Below are positions 48,646 through 56,728 of a stretch of DNA of 64,000 bases, piece by piece. Source of the stretch: Gammaproteobacteria bacterium (GTDB lineage: Bacteria; Pseudomonadota; Gammaproteobacteria; Acidiferrobacterales; SPGG2); NCBI GenBank assembly GCA_029861845.1, contig JAOTYM010000007.1:2960-66959 (forward strand). Reading direction: 5' to 3'. Position 1 is the first letter of the stretch. Each line of letters begins with the position of its first letter. The notes under the pieces were generated by a model. That model searched no databases. It was not told the DNA's origin and saw only the letters and a program-made list of their open reading frames with translations. A program made the translations under genes and the position numbers.

Positions 48646-48822
48646 GGACTGCCGCCTCGAATAGCAAAACGCTAATCGATTTTATAAGAAACTTAGGTAT
48701 GAGTATGGCGACAGAGCCTGTCTTCTCGACCCACTAGGCGAAGAGCTCCATATTATGTGCAGAAACGTTGCACGTAAGATTGTGATGAAACTTTACTCGC
48801 AACTACCAACTGACCCTACAAA

Positions 48823-49089
48823 ATGGTCAGGGACATGCTCTATGCCCTGCAGAACGGTAAACAAAAGGAAATTCTAGTGTACATTGAGCAAAATCAACGG
48901 GCCTATAACCATGAGGGTGAGGGCCGCACCAAGTTCGGCAAAAATTTATTAGAAAAATATCTGCCTAAGTCCTTTGAAATTCTGTATATCGGCAAACGCA
49001 GCGACGATCGTGCGCGTTCTCGTTGGATAGAGGGCCCCGTGCTATCCGTGTGTAGCGTCTGGGTTACGGGGAAAGTGACGTACAGTTAA
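48823..49089 (+). CDS. Orphan hypothetical ORF in an AT-richer spacer
   Basis: It is the only ORF of 60 aa or more in the 564-bp trkH-to-TPR spacer. I saw no RBS and recognised no family, so it may be non-coding or a gene fragment. Confidence 0.25.
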   Translation: MVRDMLYALQNGKQKEILVYIEQNQRAYNHEGEGRTKFGKNLLEKYLPKSFEILYIGKRSDDRARSRWIEGPVLSVCSVWVTGKVTYS

Positions 49090-49209
49090 TATTTTATGGT
49101 TCACGGAGAGCCATTGCGAAATGATCAACCCCGCCGCTACAGCTGCCGAGTGTCTCATGGCGATTGTGAGCACGACGATGCGCAGCGCGATTACATCGCC
49201 GACTAAGCG

Positions 49210-49521
49210 ATGGCGCTAATCGATAATCTTGAAGCCATGCTACGCCGTGGCCAAGACAACGCCCTGGTACGCTATGGTCTGGGCAACGAATATTTAAAGC
49301 TAAAGCAGTTTGATAGGGCCGTCGAACATCTGGAGAAGGCAGTGCAGTTTGATCACGGTTATTCGGCCGCTTGGAAGTCACTAGGCAAAGCGCTCGCCTC
49401 AGCGGGAAAAAACCGGGAAGCGATTGAGGCGTACGAAACTGGGATCGAGATAGCCGAGAAAAAGGGAGACGTGCAAGCGGTTAAGGAGATGCGGGTCTTC
49501 TTGAAAAGACTACGAAAATAA
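49210..49521 (+). CDS. Small single-domain tetratricopeptide-repeat protein
   Basis: 103 aa. DNALVRYGLGNEYLKLKQFDRAVEHLEKAVQFDHGYSAAWKSLGKALASAGKNREAIEAYETGI is a clear run of two to three TPRs. Confidence 0.8.
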   Translation: MALIDNLEAMLRRGQDNALVRYGLGNEYLKLKQFDRAVEHLEKAVQFDHGYSAAWKSLGKALASAGKNREAIEAYETGIEIAEKKGDVQAVKEMRVFLKRLRK

Positions 49522-49577
49522 ACTTTTGAGACGACTGTCCTATTAGCTATTAATGTCAGCAAAGCAGCTAGAAACAG

Positions 49578-50240
49578 TCATTTAGGTGCATTCAGATAGT
49601 GGTGCCAGAGCAAGCGCGCTGCCACCGATCTCCAAGGCCGCCAACGCCTGGCCAGTATTTCCAACTTCGCCGCCGTAGGCCGTGACCGTAGACGTTTTAC
49701 GCGTTGCGCTGCTGCCGCCAATGCAATGTCTGCACTCGGCCAAATGTCCGGCCGACGTAACGCGGTTAATAGATAGACATCGGCACTCCAAGCGCCAATA
49801 CCTTGCAATGCCGTTAGCTTTGCGTGCACCGCATCGTCGGACATGCGGCGCAGTGCAGATAGGTCGAGTTCTCCTGCCAAAATGGACTCCGCCAACAACC
49901 GACAATAACGCATCTTCTGACGACTAAAGCCGATTGACTTAAGCTCGGAGTCGCTGAGGCCAAGGAGGTCCCGTGGCATGGGCGCCTCCATTACACCCAT
50001 AAGCCGCTGATAGACCGCCTTTGCCGACACGATCGAAACCTTCTGCTCGAGGATTATGTAGACGAGAGTAGAGAATTCTTGTTTGCGCGCCCACATAGGT
50101 GGCGGACCGATGGTTGCGACAATCCTATTTAGATCTGGATCACGCCGACACAACTCGGTTACCCCCTCTAGCAACCTAGCCTTAGTTAAGCTTAGCGAAA
50201 CCTTGTCGCGATCCTCTCGAGAGTTCACTCGCGCATTCAA
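49578..50240 (-). CDS. HhH-GPD superfamily DNA-3-methyladenine glycosylase II (AlkA-like)
   Basis: 220 aa. The helix-hairpin-helix motif is LTALQGIGAWSADVYLL and the catalytic Asp context is WPSADIAL. The start is uncertain (TTG 50240 or GTG 50228). Confidence 0.75.
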   Translation of the reverse strand: MNARVNSREDRDKVSLSLTKARLLEGVTELCRRDPDLNRIVATIGPPPMWARKQEFSTLVYIILEQKVSIVSAKAVYQRLMGVMEAPMPRDLLGLSDSELKSIGFSRQKMRYCRLLAESILAGELDLSALRRMSDDAVHAKLTALQGIGAWSADVYLLTALRRPDIWPSADIALAAAAQRVKRLRSRPTAAKLEILARRWRPWRSVAARLLWHHYLNAPK

Positions 50241-50614
50241 CCGGAAAGTGCTTTAAAAAACCACCAATGAATCGCGATCAACCCAGCGATTATCAACGCG
50301 TACAAAAGCGCTTGGTGGGGCCGCTCTACAATCAGTCTTCGTACATTTAAGAGGGTAGCAACGAGGCCGGTACCTTGGGCGGCTGATCCATATTGTTGAC
50401 GCACGCGTAGCGCATGAGCCTTGTCGTATTCCTCAATGATTTGCCGTGCCGTGTCGTAATCTGCGTCATTCTCTACCCAAATCGCGCCTAGTGAGAGACC
50501 GAAGACACCCTTTGGTGTCTCGTAATGAGAAATAGCGTGTCGTTGTAGCAGCGCCAGAATATCGCTGATCTCTTCCGAGCTCGCCTGGTTTGTGTCGTAG
50601 ACTTTTCTTGCCAT
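50237..50614 (-). CDS. DUF6164-like small protein with C-terminal membrane anchor
   Basis: The ORF is open to 50647. ATG at 50614 overlaps the upstream stop (TAATG). The pattern ..EE..DILALLQRHAISHYETPKG..GLSLGAIWVENDADYDTAR plus a C-terminal TM matches my recollection of that family. Confidence 0.6.
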   Translation of the reverse strand: MARKVYDTNQASSEEISDILALLQRHAISHYETPKGVFGLSLGAIWVENDADYDTARQIIEEYDKAHALRVRQQYGSAAQGTGLVATLLNVRRLIVERPHQALLYALIIAGLIAIHWWFFKALSG

Positions 50615-51105
50615 TATTTCTGCACTAGTCCCAAGCGTTGGTGCCAATCGGCAATGGACTCTTCTGGGTAATCAGCAAACTTCTTGTCTTTGTGGTCGGC
50701 TGGCAACACCACCCATGATGGCTTGGCATGTAACATTAGGTGCGTACATTCGGGCGGGATTGGCAACTCAGTATCGATCGCAGATGCGAAAGGATGTATA
50801 AGCTCGGGCCACCGCGGATCCCACACCCATAGCGCGCTGGCACACACACTGCAAAAGTTGCGTTGTGCGGGACTCTCACGCGCCGTGTTGGTTTTTCGGT
50901 CCCGGATCTTCGCCTGATAGATGCGCACATGATCGTGGCCATCGACCTCAAAGGTATCGGCATCGCCGCCGAGATTAATGGCATAGCCCCCGCCACCGGC
51001 TGTCTTGCGGCAAACGGAACAATAACAGCGGTTAAATGGATAGGGATGGGCCGAACGCAATCGAAAACTAACGGCACCGCAATGACATGATCCCTCTAGA
51101 AGCAT
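50614..51105 (-). CDS. GFA (glutathione-dependent formaldehyde-activating / CENP-V) family zinc protein
   Basis: 163 aa with Cys clusters CHCGAV...CYCSVC...CSVC. Confidence 0.8.
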   Translation of the reverse strand: MLLEGSCHCGAVSFRLRSAHPYPFNRCYCSVCRKTAGGGGYAINLGGDADTFEVDGHDHVRIYQAKIRDRKTNTARESPAQRNFCSVCASALWVWDPRWPELIHPFASAIDTELPIPPECTHLMLHAKPSWVVLPADHKDKKFADYPEESIADWHQRLGLVQK

Positions 51106-51239
51106 ATTGGAACCCCTCCAAAATCATGGGTCAGAGATACCTCATCTGGATTACGCGACCAGTTATCATTTTAGATTGTCACAACTATCGTAACCAGCCA
51201 CAATCGGCAGCGAAAAACTTCCATTACACAAAGGTTGCA

Positions 51240-51604
51240 TCAGCTCGATTGCCCTACGGAGATCCTGTTGCCGTTCCGCCACCCGAGCGAGAAAAAACAG
51301 GCCTCCTGAACGCCTTGCGCACAACGCTTAGAGAAATACGTACTCGCGGTCGCGTAATTGTCACTCGAACTACTTAGCGTAGTGATTTTCTCGCAGGCCG
51401 CTATCTTCAATGCCCCATAGACGCGCTTAACCTCCATGGGACAGACTAGGGCATAATAGCTGATTGCGATATTAGATTTCCCTCGCGTTCGGTCGCTTCC
51501 GCTGTGTCGTAACAATCTCGAAAACCGCGGCATTCTGCCTGAGCGAATCCTGGGACGCTCAAGAATAGCCCGACTACCCAGAACAAGATAACGCGGTTAG
51601 GCAT
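51240..51604 (-). pseudogene. Small secreted Cys-rich Sel1-like-repeat protein, apparently split by a frameshift
   Basis: - Frame A (51604..51446) has its ATG overlapping the MOSC stop as ATGA. It reads MPNRVILFWVVGLFLSVPGFAQAECRGFRDCYDTAEATEREGNLISQSAIMP*, which carries a signal peptide.
- Frame B (tracked ORF 51240..51533) continues ..NIAISYYALVC...ASTYFSKRCAQGVQEACFFSLGW, an A..YF.K.C..G...AC..LG pattern of the Sel1/Hcp type.
- The combined length of 365 nt is not a multiple of 3. Confidence 0.35.
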
Positions 51605-52419
51605 CACTCGAGCACGACCGTATCACCCCGTTTGACAGTACCGGCGTACAATACCTCAGCATATACACCCACGTTCAACTCATTGTGTTTCGCTGCCGCG
51701 CGTAGGATACCCGGATCCTTTGGTAAATCTCCTTGCGCCATCGTGGTCATGACACACCGAGGGCATGGGCGCGTTACGTGCAGGCGTACATCATCACCGA
51801 TGACGAGCGTTCGACCTACCCAGGTATTCTCGACAAAGCCGGTCTGCGTCGATGTTGGCATAACAACAATATTGGGACGAAACCTGCGCGCCTCGAAACG
51901 TCCATCGGGATATAGTCTTCGCAGCCAATCCAAAGTCGCTGTCGTCAGTACATGCATGGTTGCACCATCGAAGAGCGTTTCCGGCGCTAGAGACTCGTCG
52001 GTCACCGCGTTTCGGTAAGGGAGACCATCGGTGTCTGGCCAGTACTCCTCAAAACTCAGCACCTCTGGTGCGACGCTCTGAAGCCGTACTTCGCGATCGA
52101 AAACATTTGAAAGCACAAAGTTGATATTATCGGAGGCACTCGTTACTTCCGTGCCATCTGTTAGGCTAATGCGCACGGTGCCAGTGGCATTGGCGTTATT
52201 ACTGTAAGCGGCACGACAATCAAACATGCGCGCCCACTTGCGCGGATTCTTGGCGCTCACCACCTTTCTACTAGAAATATCAATGAGGGCATACGCACGG
52301 TCGCCGTATAGCCCACGTTCTGTAATGATGGCCGAGTTCAGTTCCTCGCCCATCATGGACTTGATGGGGTAGCGCCAAAGTGAAACTACCGAACCCGACG
52401 AGCCTGGTTTTGAGGGCAT
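51604..52419 (-). CDS. MOSC domain protein (YcbX-like beta-barrel plus MOSC, no ferredoxin domain)
   Basis: The ORF is open to 52578. ATG at 52419 overlaps the upstream stop (TAATG) and gives MPSKPGSSGSVVSLWRYPIKSMMGEEL, the MOSC_N start. Further motifs are RFRPNIVV and PCPRCVMTT. Confidence 0.8.
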   Translation of the reverse strand: MPSKPGSSGSVVSLWRYPIKSMMGEELNSAIITERGLYGDRAYALIDISSRKVVSAKNPRKWARMFDCRAAYSNNANATGTVRISLTDGTEVTSASDNINFVLSNVFDREVRLQSVAPEVLSFEEYWPDTDGLPYRNAVTDESLAPETLFDGATMHVLTTATLDWLRRLYPDGRFEARRFRPNIVVMPTSTQTGFVENTWVGRTLVIGDDVRLHVTRPCPRCVMTTMAQGDLPKDPGILRAAAKHNELNVGVYAEVLYAGTVKRGDTVVLE

Positions 52420-53018
52420 TATTGCGTTCCGTCCAGGGAGGCCCAAACCGTGAGGGCGTAGACCAGGTAGCCAAGATAGCTCACAAGCGTCACGCCTGCC
52501 AACACTCTGGCCGCAGGTGACTTGTGACGTTGGAACAGAATGACCGAGCCCACCAATACCAATGCCATTTCGGCCCACGTAACATATCGGCCATAGTACC
52601 TATGATCCCAATAAGAAACTGGACTTAGCAGTCGCCAATCAGAAAGGGGCAAGAAATGCCGATGGGCATCGTCGTGGTGAAGCAAAAAATCGGCCATGCA
52701 ATGAAGGCCGATGCTGAGAAAGAACACTTGCAACCAGTCAGAACGCACCCAATATGCAACGATGAGACCGACAACAATGAGTGGAAAGGAATTAAAGATA
52801 TCAAAGAGTGCCTGCCAGTTCGGTTGAAAATACACATGCGACCAAATATAGGACTCGGGCTCGCGCAGGATTACCCGCTGCAAGAAATAAAACCCAAGCA
52901 TGGGAACGTCTGGCAGCAATGAACCCAGGAAAATTGGCAACCACAATATACGTCGGTGCCCACCACCGAGAACGAGCAGATTCAAAACAGCGTGGGCGGG
53001 TGTGGTCATCCACGCCAA
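52419..53018 (-). CDS. Polytopic membrane protein with metal-hydrolase-like His/Asp motifs (YdjM/DUF457-like)
   Basis: 199 aa with five to six TM helices. Motifs are LLPDVP, HCMADFLLHHDDAHRH. The family assignment is tentative. Confidence 0.5.
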   Translation of the reverse strand: MAWMTTPAHAVLNLLVLGGGHRRILWLPIFLGSLLPDVPMLGFYFLQRVILREPESYIWSHVYFQPNWQALFDIFNSFPLIVVGLIVAYWVRSDWLQVFFLSIGLHCMADFLLHHDDAHRHFLPLSDWRLLSPVSYWDHRYYGRYVTWAEMALVLVGSVILFQRHKSPAARVLAGVTLVSYLGYLVYALTVWASLDGTQ

Positions 53019-53055
53019 GGTCGGGCAAGGTAGATGTTTGGTCTGTGGCAGGAAT

Positions 53056-54066
53056 CTACAGCGTGTAACGTGAGAAATCGGTGTCTACAGCGTGACCCCT
53101 CTTGAGATGGATAGTCTGGTTGGGTAGATCCATGATGACAGAGCATACAGTCCCTATCTCCTCAATAACGTCATCTGCAGTATATCGTCTGTTTATCGGG
53201 AATTCTCCATGCGATCGATCTAACAGAATCGATTTCATATCTTGAACCGAGTATGCAGTCAGGGCCTTAATCCTTTCCTCCGCTGTTTGCTTGCGCGCAT
53301 ATGAACAACGAAATATGCCAGCATTGGGATTGATGTGCTCACCAATGTAGTGATTCGTGTGCACGAATGTCTGCTCCGGCTCGATTTTCAATGACCTGTC
53401 CCGAGCAAACTCGATATCGAAGCAGTTGCCATGCCGATCAGCGACGAGAATATTGCTTGCTTTGCCTTGACCGGCTTTTTTTAGGGCAATCTTTGCTTCA
53501 TCGATGCTTTTCGAATCCAGAATAGACCGCAACAGCACATGCACAGGGAGCCCATCGAGCCGTCCTTTGATCCTCAGTATATTCAAACACACGCCGATCC
53601 CACTCGAGTTCAAACCGATTTTGCCAATAATGCCCGGCTCGGTGATCATCTGAATTACGTGCCCATTGGGATATTCGATCCGCATCAGTACGGTCAGCGG
53701 TTCGAGAACACTGGCCCAGTCCCAGTTCTGACCCAGTATTCCCGTTTTCTGGAAATAGATGGCGGTGCACTCATTGGTTTTCAGCGAAAGAAGTTCGCTC
53801 CTGGCATTCAGCGCATAGATATACGATGAATCGAGGCCGGCGCCTTCGGCGACAGACTCGATTTCGGTCGCATACTCGTCATCGAACTCACGAATCTTTC
53901 GCTTGAAATGATCTGCTAACTCGAATAGCACTGAATCGGGTTGACCAAAAATGCGAGTGTAGAATTCCACCGTACGCCCGATACGGTCTGCCAAAAGTTG
54001 GCCATGCTGGAAACCTCTTTCCTCGGCGCGACCGCTGACCGCTAGTCGGAGAAATTCGTTACTCAT
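53056..54066 (-). CDS. Peptidase C45 / acyl-CoA:6-aminopenicillanic-acid acyltransferase-family Ntn hydrolase
   Basis: 336 aa. It has the N-terminal G.A.ERG..HG motif (SGRAEERGFQHGQ) and a candidate autoprocessing nucleophile in NEC(100)TAIYF. Confidence 0.75.
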   Translation of the reverse strand: MSNEFLRLAVSGRAEERGFQHGQLLADRIGRTVEFYTRIFGQPDSVLFELADHFKRKIREFDDEYATEIESVAEGAGLDSSYIYALNARSELLSLKTNECTAIYFQKTGILGQNWDWASVLEPLTVLMRIEYPNGHVIQMITEPGIIGKIGLNSSGIGVCLNILRIKGRLDGLPVHVLLRSILDSKSIDEAKIALKKAGQGKASNILVADRHGNCFDIEFARDRSLKIEPEQTFVHTNHYIGEHINPNAGIFRCSYARKQTAEERIKALTAYSVQDMKSILLDRSHGEFPINRRYTADDVIEEIGTVCSVIMDLPNQTIHLKRGHAVDTDFSRYTL

Positions 54067-54078
54067 ATCGTAAATTAC

Positions 54079-55773
54079 CTACTGTGAGCTCTTCATGCCA
54101 GTCGGTTGTCGGTCAACGATATCGCCAGAAATCTCGACTAGATCGGATATGGCATAAACGTCTACCGGCTCACCGCGGCCTCGCACCCTGGCCTGGTGCG
54201 TCGGAAACCTCGATAGATCCACACCGGCGCATTCAGCCGTCACCGCCGATACCAGGAGCGTACAGTCATAATTCCTGGTTAGCGCCTCAAGCCTAGCTGC
54301 AATATTGATGTTGTCGCCAATTGCCGAGAAATTTGGCGACGCGGGCGGTCCCATGGTGCCGACAATGGCTTCACCACAGTGAATGCCAATGCCAATACGT
54401 AGAGGTTCGCGCAACTCCATACCTAATCGCTCATTGAGCACCATCAGCCTGCGGTTCATCTCGACCGCACCCTTGAGTGCGTCGCGGCAACCGTCTTCTA
54501 TACCCGATTCCAAACCGTACAAGGCCATAAGTCCATCACCTGAGAACTGCGCATAGTGGCCGCGTGTTGCTTGCAGGCTAGCGGCCATTTCTGCAAAAAA
54601 CTGGTTCAGAATGAAGACAACGTCATACGGGAAACGCTCTTCACCAAGCTTTGTCGATCCGCGAAGATCGATAAACATTGCCGCCACTTTTTGTTCATGG
54701 CCCTGCACACCGCCCGGTCGGTAGGCGGCCCGCGCGTCCGCCCGTGCCGGCAGCAGCGGTGTGATCGACACATCCCGCCGCGGTCGCGTTTGACAGGCTA
54801 GGCGCACGTTAGGAGCCGCACCGATGCGACGTAGTGCAGCCAATTCCAATGCCGACGGTTCAGCCAGATCGTCCATACCTTTGCCCACCCGCACCCGGCA
54901 GGTCGTACAACGCGCACGTCCGCCACACACGGAAGCATGTGGAATACCGGCAGCCCGCATCGCTTCCAATATCGTCTGGCCGATAGGCGCAGAAACTACC
55001 TGTCCCGACGGGTGCGAAATGCCGTACGACGAGTGGCGATCTATTAACAAGTGTCGTATCCGCCGAGCTACGAGCACTCCCAACAATACTAAAACAAGTG
55101 ATGCCAGCACCTTGGCTTCTAGCCCAATAATCAATGCTTGTTGTTTCGGCGTCGCTGCGTTCCAGCCCGCAAAAATCGCGCTCACTGCATCTGGATCGGT
55201 GATCAACTCATCCGATTCAAGACCAGCCCTTACAAATCCGAGTAATGCGATCGCGGGCAGTAACACCGCGAGCCCAAAAAGATAGGGTACCAACCTTTCG
55301 TACCAGGGCTTGATGCGTAGCCAAAAATGCATCCCGACCGTCAAGTGGCTCCACACCACAAGAACCAAGAGCGGCTGTTGGATCGAGTATCTAAGATCGT
55401 TCCACAGGATTGTGACTACATACGGATAGGTAACATCGAACCCGAGTAAGGTCTGATTAATGCGGGTTCCGATTAGGTGTGAAGCCAACAAGAACGGAAG
55501 TAACAGGCCAAGGGCAAATTGTGTGGTTTCCCACGGTGGCATACGCAAGGTCCGGCGCCGATATAGCGACCAAAGCGCAAGCAAAAAATGGGTTAGCAGT
55601 GCGCCATAGAGCGCGACAGTCCCAACCGGGGTTTGCCAGAGCGATGCATTGTGGCGGCGAAACCACTCCATCATGTCGAGCGATAACAGTCCCAACGTAT
55701 GGTTTGCCAAATGCGAAACGACATACACCGCGAGTATGAGACCCGTCCAACTCCTTAGGCGTCGCTCAAACAT
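54079..55773 (-). CDS. Membrane (His-rich 5-6 TM) / 2Fe-2S ferredoxin / class III nucleotidyl cyclase fusion protein
   Basis: 564 aa.
- The N-terminal TM helices have conserved-looking His residues (SHLANH, LTHF, ASHL, WSHL..MHF).
- The Cys pattern C283-X5-C289-X2-C292-X34-C327 (CGGRARCTTC...LAC) is adrenodoxin-type.
- The cyclase core has AAMFIDLRGST, AQFSGDGLMALYG and SAIGDNINIAARLE. Confidence 0.85.
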   Translation of the reverse strand: MFERRLRSWTGLILAVYVVSHLANHTLGLLSLDMMEWFRRHNASLWQTPVGTVALYGALLTHFLLALWSLYRRRTLRMPPWETTQFALGLLLPFLLASHLIGTRINQTLLGFDVTYPYVVTILWNDLRYSIQQPLLVLVVWSHLTVGMHFWLRIKPWYERLVPYLFGLAVLLPAIALLGFVRAGLESDELITDPDAVSAIFAGWNAATPKQQALIIGLEAKVLASLVLVLLGVLVARRIRHLLIDRHSSYGISHPSGQVVSAPIGQTILEAMRAAGIPHASVCGGRARCTTCRVRVGKGMDDLAEPSALELAALRRIGAAPNVRLACQTRPRRDVSITPLLPARADARAAYRPGGVQGHEQKVAAMFIDLRGSTKLGEERFPYDVVFILNQFFAEMAASLQATRGHYAQFSGDGLMALYGLESGIEDGCRDALKGAVEMNRRLMVLNERLGMELREPLRIGIGIHCGEAIVGTMGPPASPNFSAIGDNINIAARLEALTRNYDCTLLVSAVTAECAGVDLSRFPTHQARVRGRGEPVDVYAISDLVEISGDIVDRQPTGMKSSQ

Positions 55774-55818
55774 TATTTACAAGAAACAGCAACCGTATTT
55801 GAGGGTTGCAGTGTTGCG

Positions 55819-56601
55819 TCAGTTTGCCTCGTATAGACCACGTGAACCAATCCAAGCGGCATGATGGCTCTGGTCTCGGATGTCCCACTGATTGGCGCTA
55901 TAGCTTTGGTCGTCGGTTTGGGTAAGCAGCCAGGCGTAAAAATGGCCAACCGTTTCAGGCTCAATAAGTTTTCCCTGCTCACGCAAGGCGCCATACTCGT
56001 CTCTATCCGGGAAAACATCCGCATCGGCGACCATACCAGCCTGAAGCATACGAGTGTTTACCGGGCCAGGGATGGCATTGGTTACCAAGACTGCGTATTG
56101 CGCTAGCTCTAGCTTTAAGCATTGCTGCAACATAAATGAAGCGGCCAGTGAGGTGCAATAAGCAGTCGAGCCCTTGCGTGGCTTAGTCGCCGACATCGAC
56201 CCTATGAACAACACACGCCCGCCGGGCGTCAGACTGGGGACTAATGCTTGGGTTAGGTGCAACCTAGCGTCCACATTGGTGGCCATGACCTGACCCCAGG
56301 TGTCGGGGGTAATATCGGCGAGTCGCTGTATCGGCATGGTGCCGGCCGCGTGCACGAGAAAATGTACTCTATCTCCACCGAGCTCATCGACAATGGCGGC
56401 GCGGCCGGCCGCGGTGGCCACGTCGGCGTTCAACACCCGTACGCCACCGGTTGCCATATCGGCCGTCTCTTTCAAGGGTGGTAAGCGACGTCCGACCGCC
56501 AGCACCGTTAGTCGTTTATGACTTAATGCGAGCGCCACCGCGCGGCCGATGCCAGAACCGGCCCCGGTTACCACCGCCAATCTGCTAGTATCTTTAGCCA
56601 T
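55819..56601 (-). CDS. Short-chain dehydrogenase/reductase (sepiapterin-reductase-like) with non-canonical active site
   Basis: The ORF is open to 56682. The likely start is MAKDTSRLAVVTGAGSGIGRA at 56601. The NAD(P) motif TGAGSGIG is present. The catalytic motif reads YCTSL instead of YxxxK. Confidence 0.8.
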   Translation of the reverse strand: MAKDTSRLAVVTGAGSGIGRAVALALSHKRLTVLAVGRRLPPLKETADMATGGVRVLNADVATAAGRAAIVDELGGDRVHFLVHAAGTMPIQRLADITPDTWGQVMATNVDARLHLTQALVPSLTPGGRVLFIGSMSATKPRKGSTAYCTSLAASFMLQQCLKLELAQYAVLVTNAIPGPVNTRMLQAGMVADADVFPDRDEYGALREQGKLIEPETVGHFYAWLLTQTDDQSYSANQWDIRDQSHHAAWIGSRGLYEAN

Positions 56602-56728
56602 AGTGCCGTGACAACCGCCGTATATGAGATGTGCGTTGCCACCGGTATTTGGGCCGACCACACTGAACCAAAAAACCGACACCCGGTCTTAGGGAGCGAT
56701 TATCCTGAAAAAGTAGGGAGTTACGGTA

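Noticed and set aside
49094-49381. A 95-aa minus-strand ORF overlapping the start of the small TPR gene.
   Set aside because: The opposite-strand TPR protein has an unmistakable repeat structure. This ORF is Arg/Pro-rich shadow sequence.
51087-51377. A 96-aa plus-strand ORF in the spacer downstream of the GFA gene.
   Set aside because: It has no start context or recognisable family. It overlaps the better-supported minus-strand Sel1-like frame.
53043-53061. A LexA-box-like CTGT...ACAG upstream of the YdjM-like membrane protein (E. coli ydjM is SOS-regulated).
   Set aside because: The spacer is 11 nt rather than the 8 nt of the gammaproteobacterial SOS box, and the element overlaps the stop codon of the C45 gene.
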